From NCBI GenBank assembly GCA_035550555.1, contig DASZPA010000135.1, positions 1,621 through 65,620 of the forward strand: a stretch of 64,000 nucleotides of DNA. The letters run 5' to 3'. A model generated the notes under the pieces. The model was given only the letters and a program-made list of their open reading frames with translations. It did not search any database and was not told the DNA's origin. Shown here in pieces: positions 44,994 through 54,110 of this stretch. How positions within the stretch are numbered: the first letter of the stretch is position 1; the number at the start of each line of letters is the position of its first letter. Source of the DNA: Fimbriimonas sp. Lineage in GTDB: Bacteria; Armatimonadota; Fimbriimonadia; Fimbriimonadales; Fimbriimonadaceae. A program made the position numbers and the translations under genes.

Positions 44994-46064
44994 ATGATTC
45001 GCTTTTCAATCGTCGGCGCTGGGTGGCGTTCGGAGTTCTTCCTGAGGATCGCGCGAGAGCTTCCCGAGCTGTTCGAGATCCAATGCATCCTGGCTCGCAG
45101 GCCCGATCGCGCGGAGGAGCTTCGCCGCGAGTTCGCCGTGCGGACGACGGACAATCTGGAGGATCTTCTCGCGGGCAAGCCGGACTTTGTCGTCACATCC
45201 GTTTCGTGGGACAGCAACCCGGCCGTCATGCGGGAGCTTGCCGAGCGGGGTGTGCCCGTGCTTTCCGAAACGCCGCCGGCACGCTCTCACGACGATCTGC
45301 TAGCACTGATGGATCTGATGAAGGCCGGCGCCCGAATTCAGGTGGCCGAGCAGTACTTCCTCCAACCGGAGCATGCGGCGCGTCTCAACGTGGCCGCTTC
45401 GGGGCGGCTCGGAGACGTGTTCCAAGCGCAGATCTCGGTTGCTCACGGCTATCACGGAATCAGCCTCATGCGGAAGTACCTGGGAATCACGTATGAAGCG
45501 GCGACGGTCACTGCGAGAAATCTCCCCGAGACGGTGGTCGGAGGTCCCGACCGCAACGGGCGTCCTCCGCGAGAGGAGCGGATCGACCAACACACGCAGC
45601 AGGTCGCCTTCTTCGACTTCGGTGACAAGCAGGGAGTGTTCGACTTCGTCGGCTCGATTTACCACTCCTATATTCGAACGCATCGAGTCTTGGTGCGGGG
45701 CCCGCGCGGCGAGATCAATGGCGACCAGGTCCGGTATCTAGCCGACTACAAGACGCCAATCGAGTTTCAGATGCGTCGCGTGGACGCAGGGCACACTGGC
45801 GACCTGGACGGCCATTTCAACCACGGTGTGCTTGCCGGTGAGACTTGGGCCTACCGAAACCCGTTCCCCTTCGCGCGTCTCATGGACGACGAGATCGCGA
45901 TCGCCGACTGCCTGAAACGAATGGGCGAGTACGCCCATGGCGGCGCCGACTTCTATCCGCTCGCCGAGGCGTGCCAGGATCACTACCTTTCGATCCTCAT
46001 GGAGAGATCGGCCGCGAGCGGCAAAGAGGTCCAAGGCAGCGTCCAACCTTGGGCAGGTCTTTGA
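44994..46064 (+). CDS. Gfo/Idh/MocA family oxidoreductase
   Basis: 'MIRFSIVGAGWRSEFF', 'VLSETPPA'. 356 aa. Confidence 0.82.
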   Translation: MIRFSIVGAGWRSEFFLRIARELPELFEIQCILARRPDRAEELRREFAVRTTDNLEDLLAGKPDFVVTSVSWDSNPAVMRELAERGVPVLSETPPARSHDDLLALMDLMKAGARIQVAEQYFLQPEHAARLNVAASGRLGDVFQAQISVAHGYHGISLMRKYLGITYEAATVTARNLPETVVGGPDRNGRPPREERIDQHTQQVAFFDFGDKQGVFDFVGSIYHSYIRTHRVLVRGPRGEINGDQVRYLADYKTPIEFQMRRVDAGHTGDLDGHFNHGVLAGETWAYRNPFPFARLMDDEIAIADCLKRMGEYAHGGADFYPLAEACQDHYLSILMERSAASGKEVQGSVQPWAGL

Positions 46065-46087
46065 ACCGGCAGCGGCAAGAAGAGAGG

Positions 46088-47635
46088 TTAGGAAGCTTCC
46101 CGAGTCAGCGAGCCGTTCACCGTGCGCCAGATGCCTCTGGAGTTCTCGTTTCGCAGTTCTTCAGGAAGCAAGTTTTGGGGCCAGTCCTGGTAGGCGACGG
46201 GACGGGCAAACCGGTAGATCGCCGCCGTACCCACGCTCGTGAAACGGCTGTCCGTGGTTGCCGGATAGGGCCCGCCGTGCTGCATGGCGGGGCAGACCGC
46301 GACTCCCGTCGGAAAGCCGTTGTAGATGACTCGTCCGGCCACTTTCGCCAACACCGGAGCAAGAGCCGAGAGATTATCGGTTTCGGAGGCGTGGACGGTG
46401 GCAGTGAGCTGACCGTGAAGGCTTTGGGCAACCTCGATCAACTGGTCCACGCTCCCGCAGTGAACCGCCACGGCCGAAGGCCCAAACAGCTCCTCCGCAA
46501 GACTAGGATTGCGCACGAACTCATCCGCGGACACCTTGAACAGCGCCGGCAAAACCTCGCCTTTGTGTGCGACCACCGTCTCCACGGATTCGGACCGCCG
46601 AGCGGCCTCCCGCAGGTACTTGTCCTTGATCTGGCTCGTCAGCATCGTTCCTGCCGAGACACCCGAAAGCTCCGCTGAAACTTGGGTCACGAACGCGGAG
46701 AAGGCCTCGCCAATACCTATCACGAGTCCAGGATTGGTACAAAACTGACCGACCCCAAGGGTCAGCGAGGCCGCGTAGCCTTGAGCAAGGCTGCCGTGAT
46801 CCGCAGACAGCGCGCCCGGCAAGATAAATACGGGGTTCACGCTGCCCATCTCAGCAAAGACTGGAATAGGTCTCGGCCTCCGTGCGGCCAAGTCGAAGAG
46901 GGATCGGCCGGCCGCCTGCGATCCCGTGAAAGCGACGGACTCCAGACGCTCTTGCTGAACCAGCAGAGAGCCTTCTTTCGCCCCGCCATGAATCATCGAG
47001 AACACGCCCTTCGGCATTCCCGTCGAGCACGCGGCAGCCACTATGGCTCGCGCCGCCAGCTCGGATGTGCCCGGATGGGCTGGGTGGGCCTTTACGATGA
47101 CGCAGCAGCCCGCCGCCAGGGCGCTGGCGGTATCTCCGCCTGCCACCGAAAACGCGAAGGGAAAGTTAGAGGCGCCGAAAATGGCCGTGGGACCGATCGG
47201 CACCAGCATTCGCCTCAAATCGGGCGTTCCCTGCCCGGCGAGATCGATCCTGGCATCCACCCATGAGCCCTCGGCGACCAGATTGGCGAACATCCGAAGC
47301 TGACTCGTGGTGCGAGTCATTTCACCCTTCAATCGGGCAGCGCTGAGAGCCGTTTCCGCCTGCGCTCGCTCGACCATCTCGTCGGCGCTCGACGCGAGCC
47401 GGTCGGCCACAGCCTCCAGGAACCTCGCGCGGTCAGGACCAGACACCTCGAGGTAAGACCCTTGCGCCCGATACGCCGTCTCGACCGCCTCGGCAATCTC
47501 CGTCTCCGTGGCTACGACGAATTCGCCGCTCAGCTTCACTCCCGAGGCAGCATCCAGGCCGAAGATCCGTTCGGTGCCGTTGGCAGATTCTCGACCGCCA
47601 ATCAAATTTGAGCCGGTAAGTTGCTGTTCAGTCAT
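46088..47635 (-). CDS. NAD(P)-dependent aldehyde dehydrogenase, alpha-ketoglutarate-semialdehyde dehydrogenase-like
   Basis: 'VAFTGSQAAG', 'FAEMGSVNP', catalytic Cys in 'GVGQFCTNPG'. ATG 47635 overlaps the upstream gene end by 8 nt. Confidence 0.85.
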   Translation of the reverse strand: MTEQQLTGSNLIGGRESANGTERIFGLDAASGVKLSGEFVVATETEIAEAVETAYRAQGSYLEVSGPDRARFLEAVADRLASSADEMVERAQAETALSAARLKGEMTRTTSQLRMFANLVAEGSWVDARIDLAGQGTPDLRRMLVPIGPTAIFGASNFPFAFSVAGGDTASALAAGCCVIVKAHPAHPGTSELAARAIVAAACSTGMPKGVFSMIHGGAKEGSLLVQQERLESVAFTGSQAAGRSLFDLAARRPRPIPVFAEMGSVNPVFILPGALSADHGSLAQGYAASLTLGVGQFCTNPGLVIGIGEAFSAFVTQVSAELSGVSAGTMLTSQIKDKYLREAARRSESVETVVAHKGEVLPALFKVSADEFVRNPSLAEELFGPSAVAVHCGSVDQLIEVAQSLHGQLTATVHASETDNLSALAPVLAKVAGRVIYNGFPTGVAVCPAMQHGGPYPATTDSRFTSVGTAAIYRFARPVAYQDWPQNLLPEELRNENSRGIWRTVNGSLTREAS

Positions 47636-48869
47636 AGCGGTCGGGTGAAAGTCTATCAATTGGCAGCTCCGTCGGTTCGCAGTCCACAAGAGTACCAACC
47701 AATCTACCGGTTATCGGCCCCAAGCTCATTCCCATCATAGCGTGCCCTGTGGCTACAACAACATTATCGATTCTTCTTGTCCGCCCGATATAGGGCATGC
47801 CGTCCGGGGTGCAGGGCCGATGGCCGAACCAGACGGGGCTCGCCGCGACGCGCTCACGGGTGAAAGCGGGGAAGTATTGCTCAATTCCCTTGTACATACC
47901 TTCGACCCTCGATTGCGTGATCCCATCTTTGGGATGGCCCAGCTCCAGCGTCCCTACAAACCGTATTCCGTCGAGCATCGGAGTGATTGCGATGCGGGCT
48001 TCGGTGAAGATGCATGGCGTGTTCAGTGGCTGAGGAGGGTTCTTCACCGTGAGTCCATAGCCCTTGCCTGAAAGCATCGGCAAGTTGAGGCCGATCGCCT
48101 TGCCCAGCTCGCCAGACCACGCGCCGGCAGCGAGGACGAACTGATCGGCCCCAAGCGAACCGGCCTGAAGCTCGACCGCCCCAAGTCGTCTCTGCGATCG
48201 ATAGAGGCCTTTCACTTCGGAGCAGACGAAACTGACGCCCCGCTGTTCAAGAGATTCTCTCAGCGCGTTCATGAATGCCGGCGGCGTCAGGTGCGCGTCG
48301 TCCAGAAAGTGAACTCCTCCCTGGACGTTCAGGTCGAGCTCCGGCTCTAACTTCGCGACCTCTTCGTTTGAGAGCGGCACGGTTCTGAGTCCGAGCTTGC
48401 CGGCCGTCTCGCCGAGCGCGATCTCCTCCTCGAGAGCTTTTTCCGTGTTGCAGAGCATCAAGAGGCCTCTTTGAGCGTAGCCGACGGAGATCCGAAGGCG
48501 GCTGAGAAGAGCTTCGTAGGCTGTCCTGCTCCGCAGGTTCAGCTCCTTCAAGATCGGGCTGTTTGCCTCAACCTGACTCTTGTTGGCATTTTTGAGAAAT
48601 CGTCCCATCCAGGCGAGCGTGGCAAGATCCGGCAGGCCCGCCAAACCGAAAGGGGTGTCCCGGCGAAGCATCATCTTGAGTCCGATCCGAACCATGCCGG
48701 GTGAGGCCAAGGGGACGAAGTGGCTGGGAACAACGATCCCACCGTTTCCGTAGCTGCAGCCCTCGGTTGCGCCCGTGCGGTCGACCACCGTCACACGATG
48801 GCCCCGCTGCAAAAGCTCGTCGGCCGCACACAGCCCGACGACGCCGCCCCCAATGACGACGACGTTCAT
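47628..48869 (-). CDS. FAD-dependent oxidoreductase (D-amino-acid / D-hydroxyproline dehydrogenase-like)
   Basis: 'MNVVVIGGGVVGLCAADEL' is a dinucleotide fold with DadA-like length (413 aa). The ATG overlaps the epimerase TGA (ATGA). Confidence 0.85.
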   Translation of the reverse strand: MNVVVIGGGVVGLCAADELLQRGHRVTVVDRTGATEGCSYGNGGIVVPSHFVPLASPGMVRIGLKMMLRRDTPFGLAGLPDLATLAWMGRFLKNANKSQVEANSPILKELNLRSRTAYEALLSRLRISVGYAQRGLLMLCNTEKALEEEIALGETAGKLGLRTVPLSNEEVAKLEPELDLNVQGGVHFLDDAHLTPPAFMNALRESLEQRGVSFVCSEVKGLYRSQRRLGAVELQAGSLGADQFVLAAGAWSGELGKAIGLNLPMLSGKGYGLTVKNPPQPLNTPCIFTEARIAITPMLDGIRFVGTLELGHPKDGITQSRVEGMYKGIEQYFPAFTRERVAASPVWFGHRPCTPDGMPYIGRTRRIDNVVVATGHAMMGMSLGPITGRLVGTLVDCEPTELPIDRLSPDRYD

Positions 48870-49801
48870 CCGAGACCCCAGCGAAGCGGATCGTCTTCAG
48901 AGAAAAGCAGGGTGGATTCCGCTGTCACATAGGCTCGGCCCACGATCGTCGGAATCAGAAGGCCGTCGTCGACGTCGATCTTTCCGCGAAACGCCGTGCC
49001 TGTCGTGCTCTCCTGGACGTACCAATGACCCTCCTCCAACAGTCCGTCATCAAAAAGGCACGCGAGCTTGGCGCTCGTTCCCGTGCCACAGGGCGAGCGA
49101 TCGTAGGCTCCGCCGGGACAGAGGACGAAGTTGCGCGAGTCGGCTCCCTCCAGGGACGCCGGCCCCTCCAGCTCGACGTGGTCGATCTCCGCGCCATCTG
49201 CTCCGGTGGTGCCGTGAGCAGCCAGATGGTCTCGAATCGCAAGCGTCACCTGCGTCAGCTCCATGGCTTTGGACAGGTCGATGTCGAAATGGGGCTCGCG
49301 CACAATGAAGAACCAGTTGCCGCCCCAGGAGATATCCCCAACGAGCCGGCCGACGCAGGGCACATCCAATTCGATACCTCGAGCTAAGCGTCGCGCAGGT
49401 ACGTTTTGCAGCGCAACGTCGCCGTCCTCAGTCAAGTGGGCTGACACGGTTCCGACTGGCGTGTCGATCCGGATGTCGCCGGCCTGCGCCAAGCCCAGAT
49501 GGCGAAGCGTCTCCACGACTCCGATCGTGCCGTGCCCGCACATTCCCAAATAGCCGGCATTGTTGCAGAAGACCACGCCGGCAGCCGAGCCCTCATGAAC
49601 AGGTGGCGTGAGAACCGCCCCGACCCAGACGTCAGACCCGCGGGGCTCCGTTAGGATCGCCGTTCGCAGGTGGTCCAGCCGGTCGCGAAAATCGTTTCGC
49701 CGCTCGGCCATCGTTGCTCCATGAAGCTCGATGGCTCCAACCGGAATGACCCTCGTCGGCTCGGCGGCCGTATGCGAGTCGATTACGGGGATACGCAGCA
49801 T
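48866..49801 (-). CDS. proline racemase family protein, 4-hydroxyproline 2-epimerase-like
   Basis: 311 aa from ATG 49801. Both catalytic cysteines are present ('GYLGMCGHGTIG' and 'DRSPCGTGTSA'). The 81-aa extension to 50044 was rejected. Confidence 0.85.
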   Translation of the reverse strand: MLRIPVIDSHTAAEPTRVIPVGAIELHGATMAERRNDFRDRLDHLRTAILTEPRGSDVWVGAVLTPPVHEGSAAGVVFCNNAGYLGMCGHGTIGVVETLRHLGLAQAGDIRIDTPVGTVSAHLTEDGDVALQNVPARRLARGIELDVPCVGRLVGDISWGGNWFFIVREPHFDIDLSKAMELTQVTLAIRDHLAAHGTTGADGAEIDHVELEGPASLEGADSRNFVLCPGGAYDRSPCGTGTSAKLACLFDDGLLEEGHWYVQESTTGTAFRGKIDVDDGLLIPTIVGRAYVTAESTLLFSEDDPLRWGLG

Positions 49802-49803
49802 GC

Positions 49804-50703
49804 TCAATCCAAGGCGGGACGGTGCTCGATTCCTTTGCGAATGATATCGAGTACCCGCTCCCGGTCGGAGCCCGAAAGCGCAAGCCGCGGCAAGCGAACG
49901 TATTCGCGGCCGAGACCGGTTTCCTGGATCGCCAGCTTGATGTTCTGCACGAACTTGCCGCCGACGTCCAAATGCAGCAGAGGCGTGTACCACCGGTAGA
50001 TCTCTCGCGCCCTCTCCCACTTGCCGGCCATGGCCAAATCCCACAGGTACTGGTTCTCACGGGGAAAGGCGAGGCCGATTCCCGCGATCCAGCCGTCGGC
50101 GCCAAGGAAGGCCGCCTCAAGTGCGAGATCGTCGACTCCTGCGAACAGCACGTACCGGTTACCCACCTCGTTGATAATGTCCGTGATGCGTCGCACGTCC
50201 CCGGAGGACTCCTTGATCGCGACCAGATTGGCCTCACTCGCCAGCTCGGCGAACATAGGCGGGGTCACGTCGGCGTGATAGCTGATCGGGTTGTTGTAGA
50301 CGATGAGCGGAAGGGAAGTGCTGCGTGCGACGGTCCGGTAGTGGGCGAGCGTCTCGTCGTGGTCGGGCCGAAATGCCATGCAGGGCATGACCATGGCTCC
50401 TTGGGCGCCAAGTCCTTCCAGGTCCTTCACCCACTCGCAAGCGGCTCCGGTACTCAGCTCGGCCACCCCGCTCAGAACCGGAACGCGTCCGGCGGAGGTG
50501 GAGATCGCGCAACGGACGACCTCTTTCTTCTCTTCCCGCGAGAGCGCCGAGTTCTCTCCTAGCGACCCGAGCATCACCAACCCCGCTACTCTGGATTGGA
50601 TGAGCGCCTCAAGATGAGCCGCGGTGGCGTCGAGGTCGAGCGACAGGTCCGACTTGAATTGTGTCGTAACGGCCGGAAAGACGTCTCTCCAATCTACTTT
50701 CAT
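49804..50703 (-). CDS. DapA family protein, 1-pyrroline-4-hydroxy-2-carboxylate deaminase-like
   Basis: 299 aa. 'GSLGENSALSREEK'. Schiff-base Lys in 'NLVAIKESSGD'. The call rests partly on its context in the hydroxyproline operon. Confidence 0.78.
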   Translation of the reverse strand: MKVDWRDVFPAVTTQFKSDLSLDLDATAAHLEALIQSRVAGLVMLGSLGENSALSREEKKEVVRCAISTSAGRVPVLSGVAELSTGAACEWVKDLEGLGAQGAMVMPCMAFRPDHDETLAHYRTVARSTSLPLIVYNNPISYHADVTPPMFAELASEANLVAIKESSGDVRRITDIINEVGNRYVLFAGVDDLALEAAFLGADGWIAGIGLAFPRENQYLWDLAMAGKWERAREIYRWYTPLLHLDVGGKFVQNIKLAIQETGLGREYVRLPRLALSGSDRERVLDIIRKGIEHRPALD

Positions 50704-50741
50704 CGATTTCTGGTCCGGGGCGCCGAAGCCGCCGAGCGATC

Positions 50742-50769
50742 ATTTTAGCCCAATCCGTTTAACGTTGAA
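50742..50769 (-). promoter_or_regulatory. candidate sigma-70 promoter TTCAAC-16 nt-TAAAAT for the hydroxyproline operon
   Basis: Minus-strand hexamers lie at 50769-50764 and 50747-50742, about 40 nt upstream of ATG 50703. They overlap the tandem AACGTT-G-AACGTT (50761-50773). Confidence 0.3.
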
Positions 50770-50814
50770 CGTTTTTGCGCGAAACCTTGTACCATGCGGT
50801 TCCAAAAGACGCGC

Positions 50815-52521
50815 CTAGGCGTTGTAGAAGCGCCAGTTTGCATCGAATTCCCCTTCAAACTCGTCGCCGAGCAACAGGCTCCGGAGGACCGCCAAGGGCA
50901 TCTGATTCTCATGCATGACGGCATCATGGAACTGCTTGTCCGTCATCTTGCCTGAACCGATGACGTCCCGGCGCATGGCCATCATCTGCAGCCCGCCCAG
51001 CATGTAAGCGGCCTGATAGAGCGGCGGGTAGTCGCCCCGGAACGACCTTCGGACTTCGCCCTCGGCGTTGGCTCGTTCGTGGCCTACTCGGTCGACGAGC
51101 ATATCCACGCACGCTTCGGCCGACATCAGTCCCAGGTGATAGCTGAGCGAGAACTCGATGCGGGCGCACCGGTGCATGCGCCAGAAGAGCATTCCAATCC
51201 TGTCCTCGGGTCCTCGCGGGAACCCGAGGTCCCATAAGAGAAGCTCCCAGTACAGCGTCCAGCCCTCGATCCAGAAGCACGTCCCAAAGATTGACCGGTA
51301 CGGCTTGTGGCGTCGCAGCATGTAGAACTGCATGTGGTGGCCGGGTATCAGCTCGTGCTGTACGGTCGCGCGCGAGAAGTGGGGGTTGTTTCCCCGCATG
51401 CTCATGAGCTTGTCGGAGTGGCTCATCTCGCCGGTCGGATACGAGACGATGATCTGCTCGCCGCCCAAGAAGAAAGGATTGATCTTCTGCTTCTCCGCGG
51501 ACATCATGCCCATGCGCCACGTCTCGGCGGCCAAAGGGGGCACGGTGAGCAGGTCGTTTGAGCGGAGATACTCGATCGCCTCGATCGCCAGCCCCTTGAC
51601 CATCTGCGGCTGATCGCCGGGAGCGACATGGAGGTCCTTGACGTGTTCCATCGCGGCTTTCCAATCGTCGCCGAAGCCCAGCTCGGCGGCCGCCTTCCGC
51701 ATTTCGTTTTCGCACCAGGCGAACTCTTTTCGGCCGATTTCCAGCAGCTCTTCGGGCGAGTAGGCGACCATTTCTTGCCGTATCTGCTCGACAAGGCGCT
51801 CGCGCCCACAAGGCGGACCGACAGAGAGGTCGGCCGCGTCGTCAAGCTTCTCCTTGAACCGCTTCTCCACCTTTTCGACGGCGGCTTTGAGCTCCGCGAA
51901 AGGCTTCTGAGTCCACCAGGAAAACAGTGGGTCGTAACCGCCATAAAACTGTTCCCAAGCCCGGAGCGCCGAGGAAACCTCCGCCAGAGCTTGTGAGGAT
52001 CGAAACGCGTCTCCCGCATCTTCGGGAATCGGCTCTCCATCTTCCAGGGACTTTGTCACTTGAGTCAAAGCCGCGGCCGCCGCCTTCGGGTCGACGGGCT
52101 CCAGCCGGCGATGTGCCTCCAGCAGCCGAATAGCCGGAATGAGTCGGTCCAGGAACGGCTGAATCCTCGTGAGGCGAGCCAGCTCCCACCGGTGCCCGGA
52201 GACCGACTTCTCGAGGAGATTTCCAAACAGCACCGCGTCGGCGCGGGCGTGCCGGCTCAAGGTTTTCCGGTCGATGGCCGCGAGCTCCTTCTGATGATCT
52301 TGGAAGAACCGCAAAAACCTGTCGTTGCGCTCTTGGGAAACGGACAGCGGGTAGGAACGGCCCAGCGCCTCGACGCTTGCCTTGTAATCGACGAGCAGCG
52401 GTTCAAGCTCGGAGGAGTCCACGATTCCTACAATGCTAGCCGAAGCGGCGCTTTTGCAATCGGCTCGACCTGCCCTATAATCCACTTTGGATGAATCACT
52501 CCTGTTTTGGAGTCGCCGCAA
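50815..52521 (-). CDS. DUF885 family protein (metallopeptidase-like)
   Basis: 'HELIPGHHMQFY' and 'IEGWTLYWE' motifs. The ORF opens at TTG 52521. GTG 52422 is an alternative start. Confidence 0.8.
   Translation of the reverse strand: MRRLQNRSDSSKVDYRAGRADCKSAASASIVGIVDSSELEPLLVDYKASVEALGRSYPLSVSQERNDRFLRFFQDHQKELAAIDRKTLSRHARADAVLFGNLLEKSVSGHRWELARLTRIQPFLDRLIPAIRLLEAHRRLEPVDPKAAAAALTQVTKSLEDGEPIPEDAGDAFRSSQALAEVSSALRAWEQFYGGYDPLFSWWTQKPFAELKAAVEKVEKRFKEKLDDAADLSVGPPCGRERLVEQIRQEMVAYSPEELLEIGRKEFAWCENEMRKAAAELGFGDDWKAAMEHVKDLHVAPGDQPQMVKGLAIEAIEYLRSNDLLTVPPLAAETWRMGMMSAEKQKINPFFLGGEQIIVSYPTGEMSHSDKLMSMRGNNPHFSRATVQHELIPGHHMQFYMLRRHKPYRSIFGTCFWIEGWTLYWELLLWDLGFPRGPEDRIGMLFWRMHRCARIEFSLSYHLGLMSAEACVDMLVDRVGHERANAEGEVRRSFRGDYPPLYQAAYMLGGLQMMAMRRDVIGSGKMTDKQFHDAVMHENQMPLAVLRSLLLGDEFEGEFDANWRFYNA
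52454..52481 (+). promoter_or_regulatory. candidate sigma-70 promoter TTGCAA-16 nt-TATAAT
   Basis: -35 at 52454-52459 and perfect -10 at 52476-52481. ATG 52491 is only 9 nt downstream and has no SD, which suggests a leaderless mRNA. Confidence 0.35.
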
Positions 52522-54110
52522 CGATTGCGGTCTCCCTTGGTTTGCCTCAAATCGGCGCCGCGCAAGGATGGATGAGCTACGGCGGCAATTCCCAACACAC
52601 CGCGATGCACGCGGCCGCGAGCTCGGTCATGCAGAAGATCCTGTGGTCGGCTCCGCTTGACGATCAGCGATCCTACTACGGAAGCGAAGTGCTCATCCAC
52701 TATGCCAGTCCGGTCATCACGCCTTCGAACACCGTCGTTCACTCGTACCGGTTCACCACGCCGGGCCCGAAATACGACAACTGGCGAGTCATCGGCCGAA
52801 GCGGTGTCAGCGGACGGCAAATCTGGGCTTTGGCCACCGACTATTCGGCGCCTCTGGTCGACCCTGGCGGCGGAAATTCCAACGATTGGACGAGCGTGTA
52901 TCCGCTGTGCCTGACCGGATCCAACACTGTTGCGGCGGGCGCGGGCGGCGGAACGGTCCTGTTCCGTACAAGTGGCGATGCCGTCTCGTCGCCGGTGAAG
53001 CGCGTTAGCTTCTACTCCGCCTACGACGACTACACGCAGAATCCGTCCTCCTTCGCGAACATCAAGATCTGCACGCCGCTTACGGGGGACAGCAAGGGAA
53101 ACGTCTACTTTGGCTACATGGTGAATGGCTCGGTGCCGGGCTCGGTGTCCGCGGCACTGGGGAGCGGTGGCGTCGCCCGCGTGGGTTCCAATGGCAAAGT
53201 CCTGTTCAAGAATATGTCAGAGCTGGCTGTCGACGCTAGCCGGCCCGCGCTCAATTCCGCGCCCGCGCTCAGCAACGATGGGAAGAGCCTTTACGTGGGA
53301 GTGGTCGGCGGAAGCTTGCACTATCTGGTGAAGCTCGACACCACAACCTTTCTGAAGCAGGCGTCTGCTCCGGTGATGGACCCGCAGGCGAATCAGGGCG
53401 CCGGTCTCATCGACCAGTCCAGCGCGGCTCCGATGGTCGGCCCCGATGGCCACGTATTCTGCGGGGTCTTCGGCTACAACTACCGTGAGAGCCACGGATG
53501 GCTGCTCCAGTTCGACGCGAATCTGAATCCGAAGAACTCGAAAGGCCAAACATGGCCGGCGGGAGCGTTTGGGTGGGACGACACGCCCTCCATCGTCCCA
53601 GCCAACATCGTGGCTTCGTATCGAGGCAAGGCCACCTATCTGCTGCTCTGCAAATATAACAACTACTCTCTGGGAAGCGGCGATGGAAAGAACCGGGTCG
53701 CCGTGCTGGATCCCACCAGCAACTCCGTGACGCGCGACCGCCAGTCGGGCATTCCGGTCATGAATGAGGTCATCACGGTTCTCGGCCCCACGCCGAACGT
53801 CGAAGAGGGAGGCGTGTGCGAGTGGTGCATCAACTCGGCAGCCATCGACGTCGCCAAGAAATCGGCGCTGATCAACTCGGAGGACGGCCACTGCTATCGG
53901 TGGAACTTCACAACCAACAAGCTCCAAGAAGCGGTCAGCCTTGCGCCCGCAACGGGTGAGGCCTATACGTCCACGGCAATCGGCCCGAATGGATCGGGCT
54001 ACTTTATCAACAACTCCATCTTGTTCGCGATTGGAGCCGGCGGTGGATCGAGCGGTCCCTCAGGACCGTTGGCCTTCAGAACTTTTCGGCCGCGTTCGAA
54101 ATCAGATTGA
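52491..54110 (+). CDS. secreted PQQ-like beta-propeller repeat protein (hypothetical)
   Basis: Signal peptide 'VAATIAVSLGLPQIGAAQG'. It has repeated 'G-x-hydrophobic-Y/F-x-G' blades ('GNVYFGY', 'KSLYVGV', 'GHVFCGV', 'GHCYRWN', 'GSGYFIN'). Confidence 0.55.
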   Translation: MNHSCFGVAATIAVSLGLPQIGAAQGWMSYGGNSQHTAMHAAASSVMQKILWSAPLDDQRSYYGSEVLIHYASPVITPSNTVVHSYRFTTPGPKYDNWRVIGRSGVSGRQIWALATDYSAPLVDPGGGNSNDWTSVYPLCLTGSNTVAAGAGGGTVLFRTSGDAVSSPVKRVSFYSAYDDYTQNPSSFANIKICTPLTGDSKGNVYFGYMVNGSVPGSVSAALGSGGVARVGSNGKVLFKNMSELAVDASRPALNSAPALSNDGKSLYVGVVGGSLHYLVKLDTTTFLKQASAPVMDPQANQGAGLIDQSSAAPMVGPDGHVFCGVFGYNYRESHGWLLQFDANLNPKNSKGQTWPAGAFGWDDTPSIVPANIVASYRGKATYLLLCKYNNYSLGSGDGKNRVAVLDPTSNSVTRDRQSGIPVMNEVITVLGPTPNVEEGGVCEWCINSAAIDVAKKSALINSEDGHCYRWNFTTNKLQEAVSLAPATGEAYTSTAIGPNGSGYFINNSILFAIGAGGGSSGPSGPLAFRTFRPRSKSD

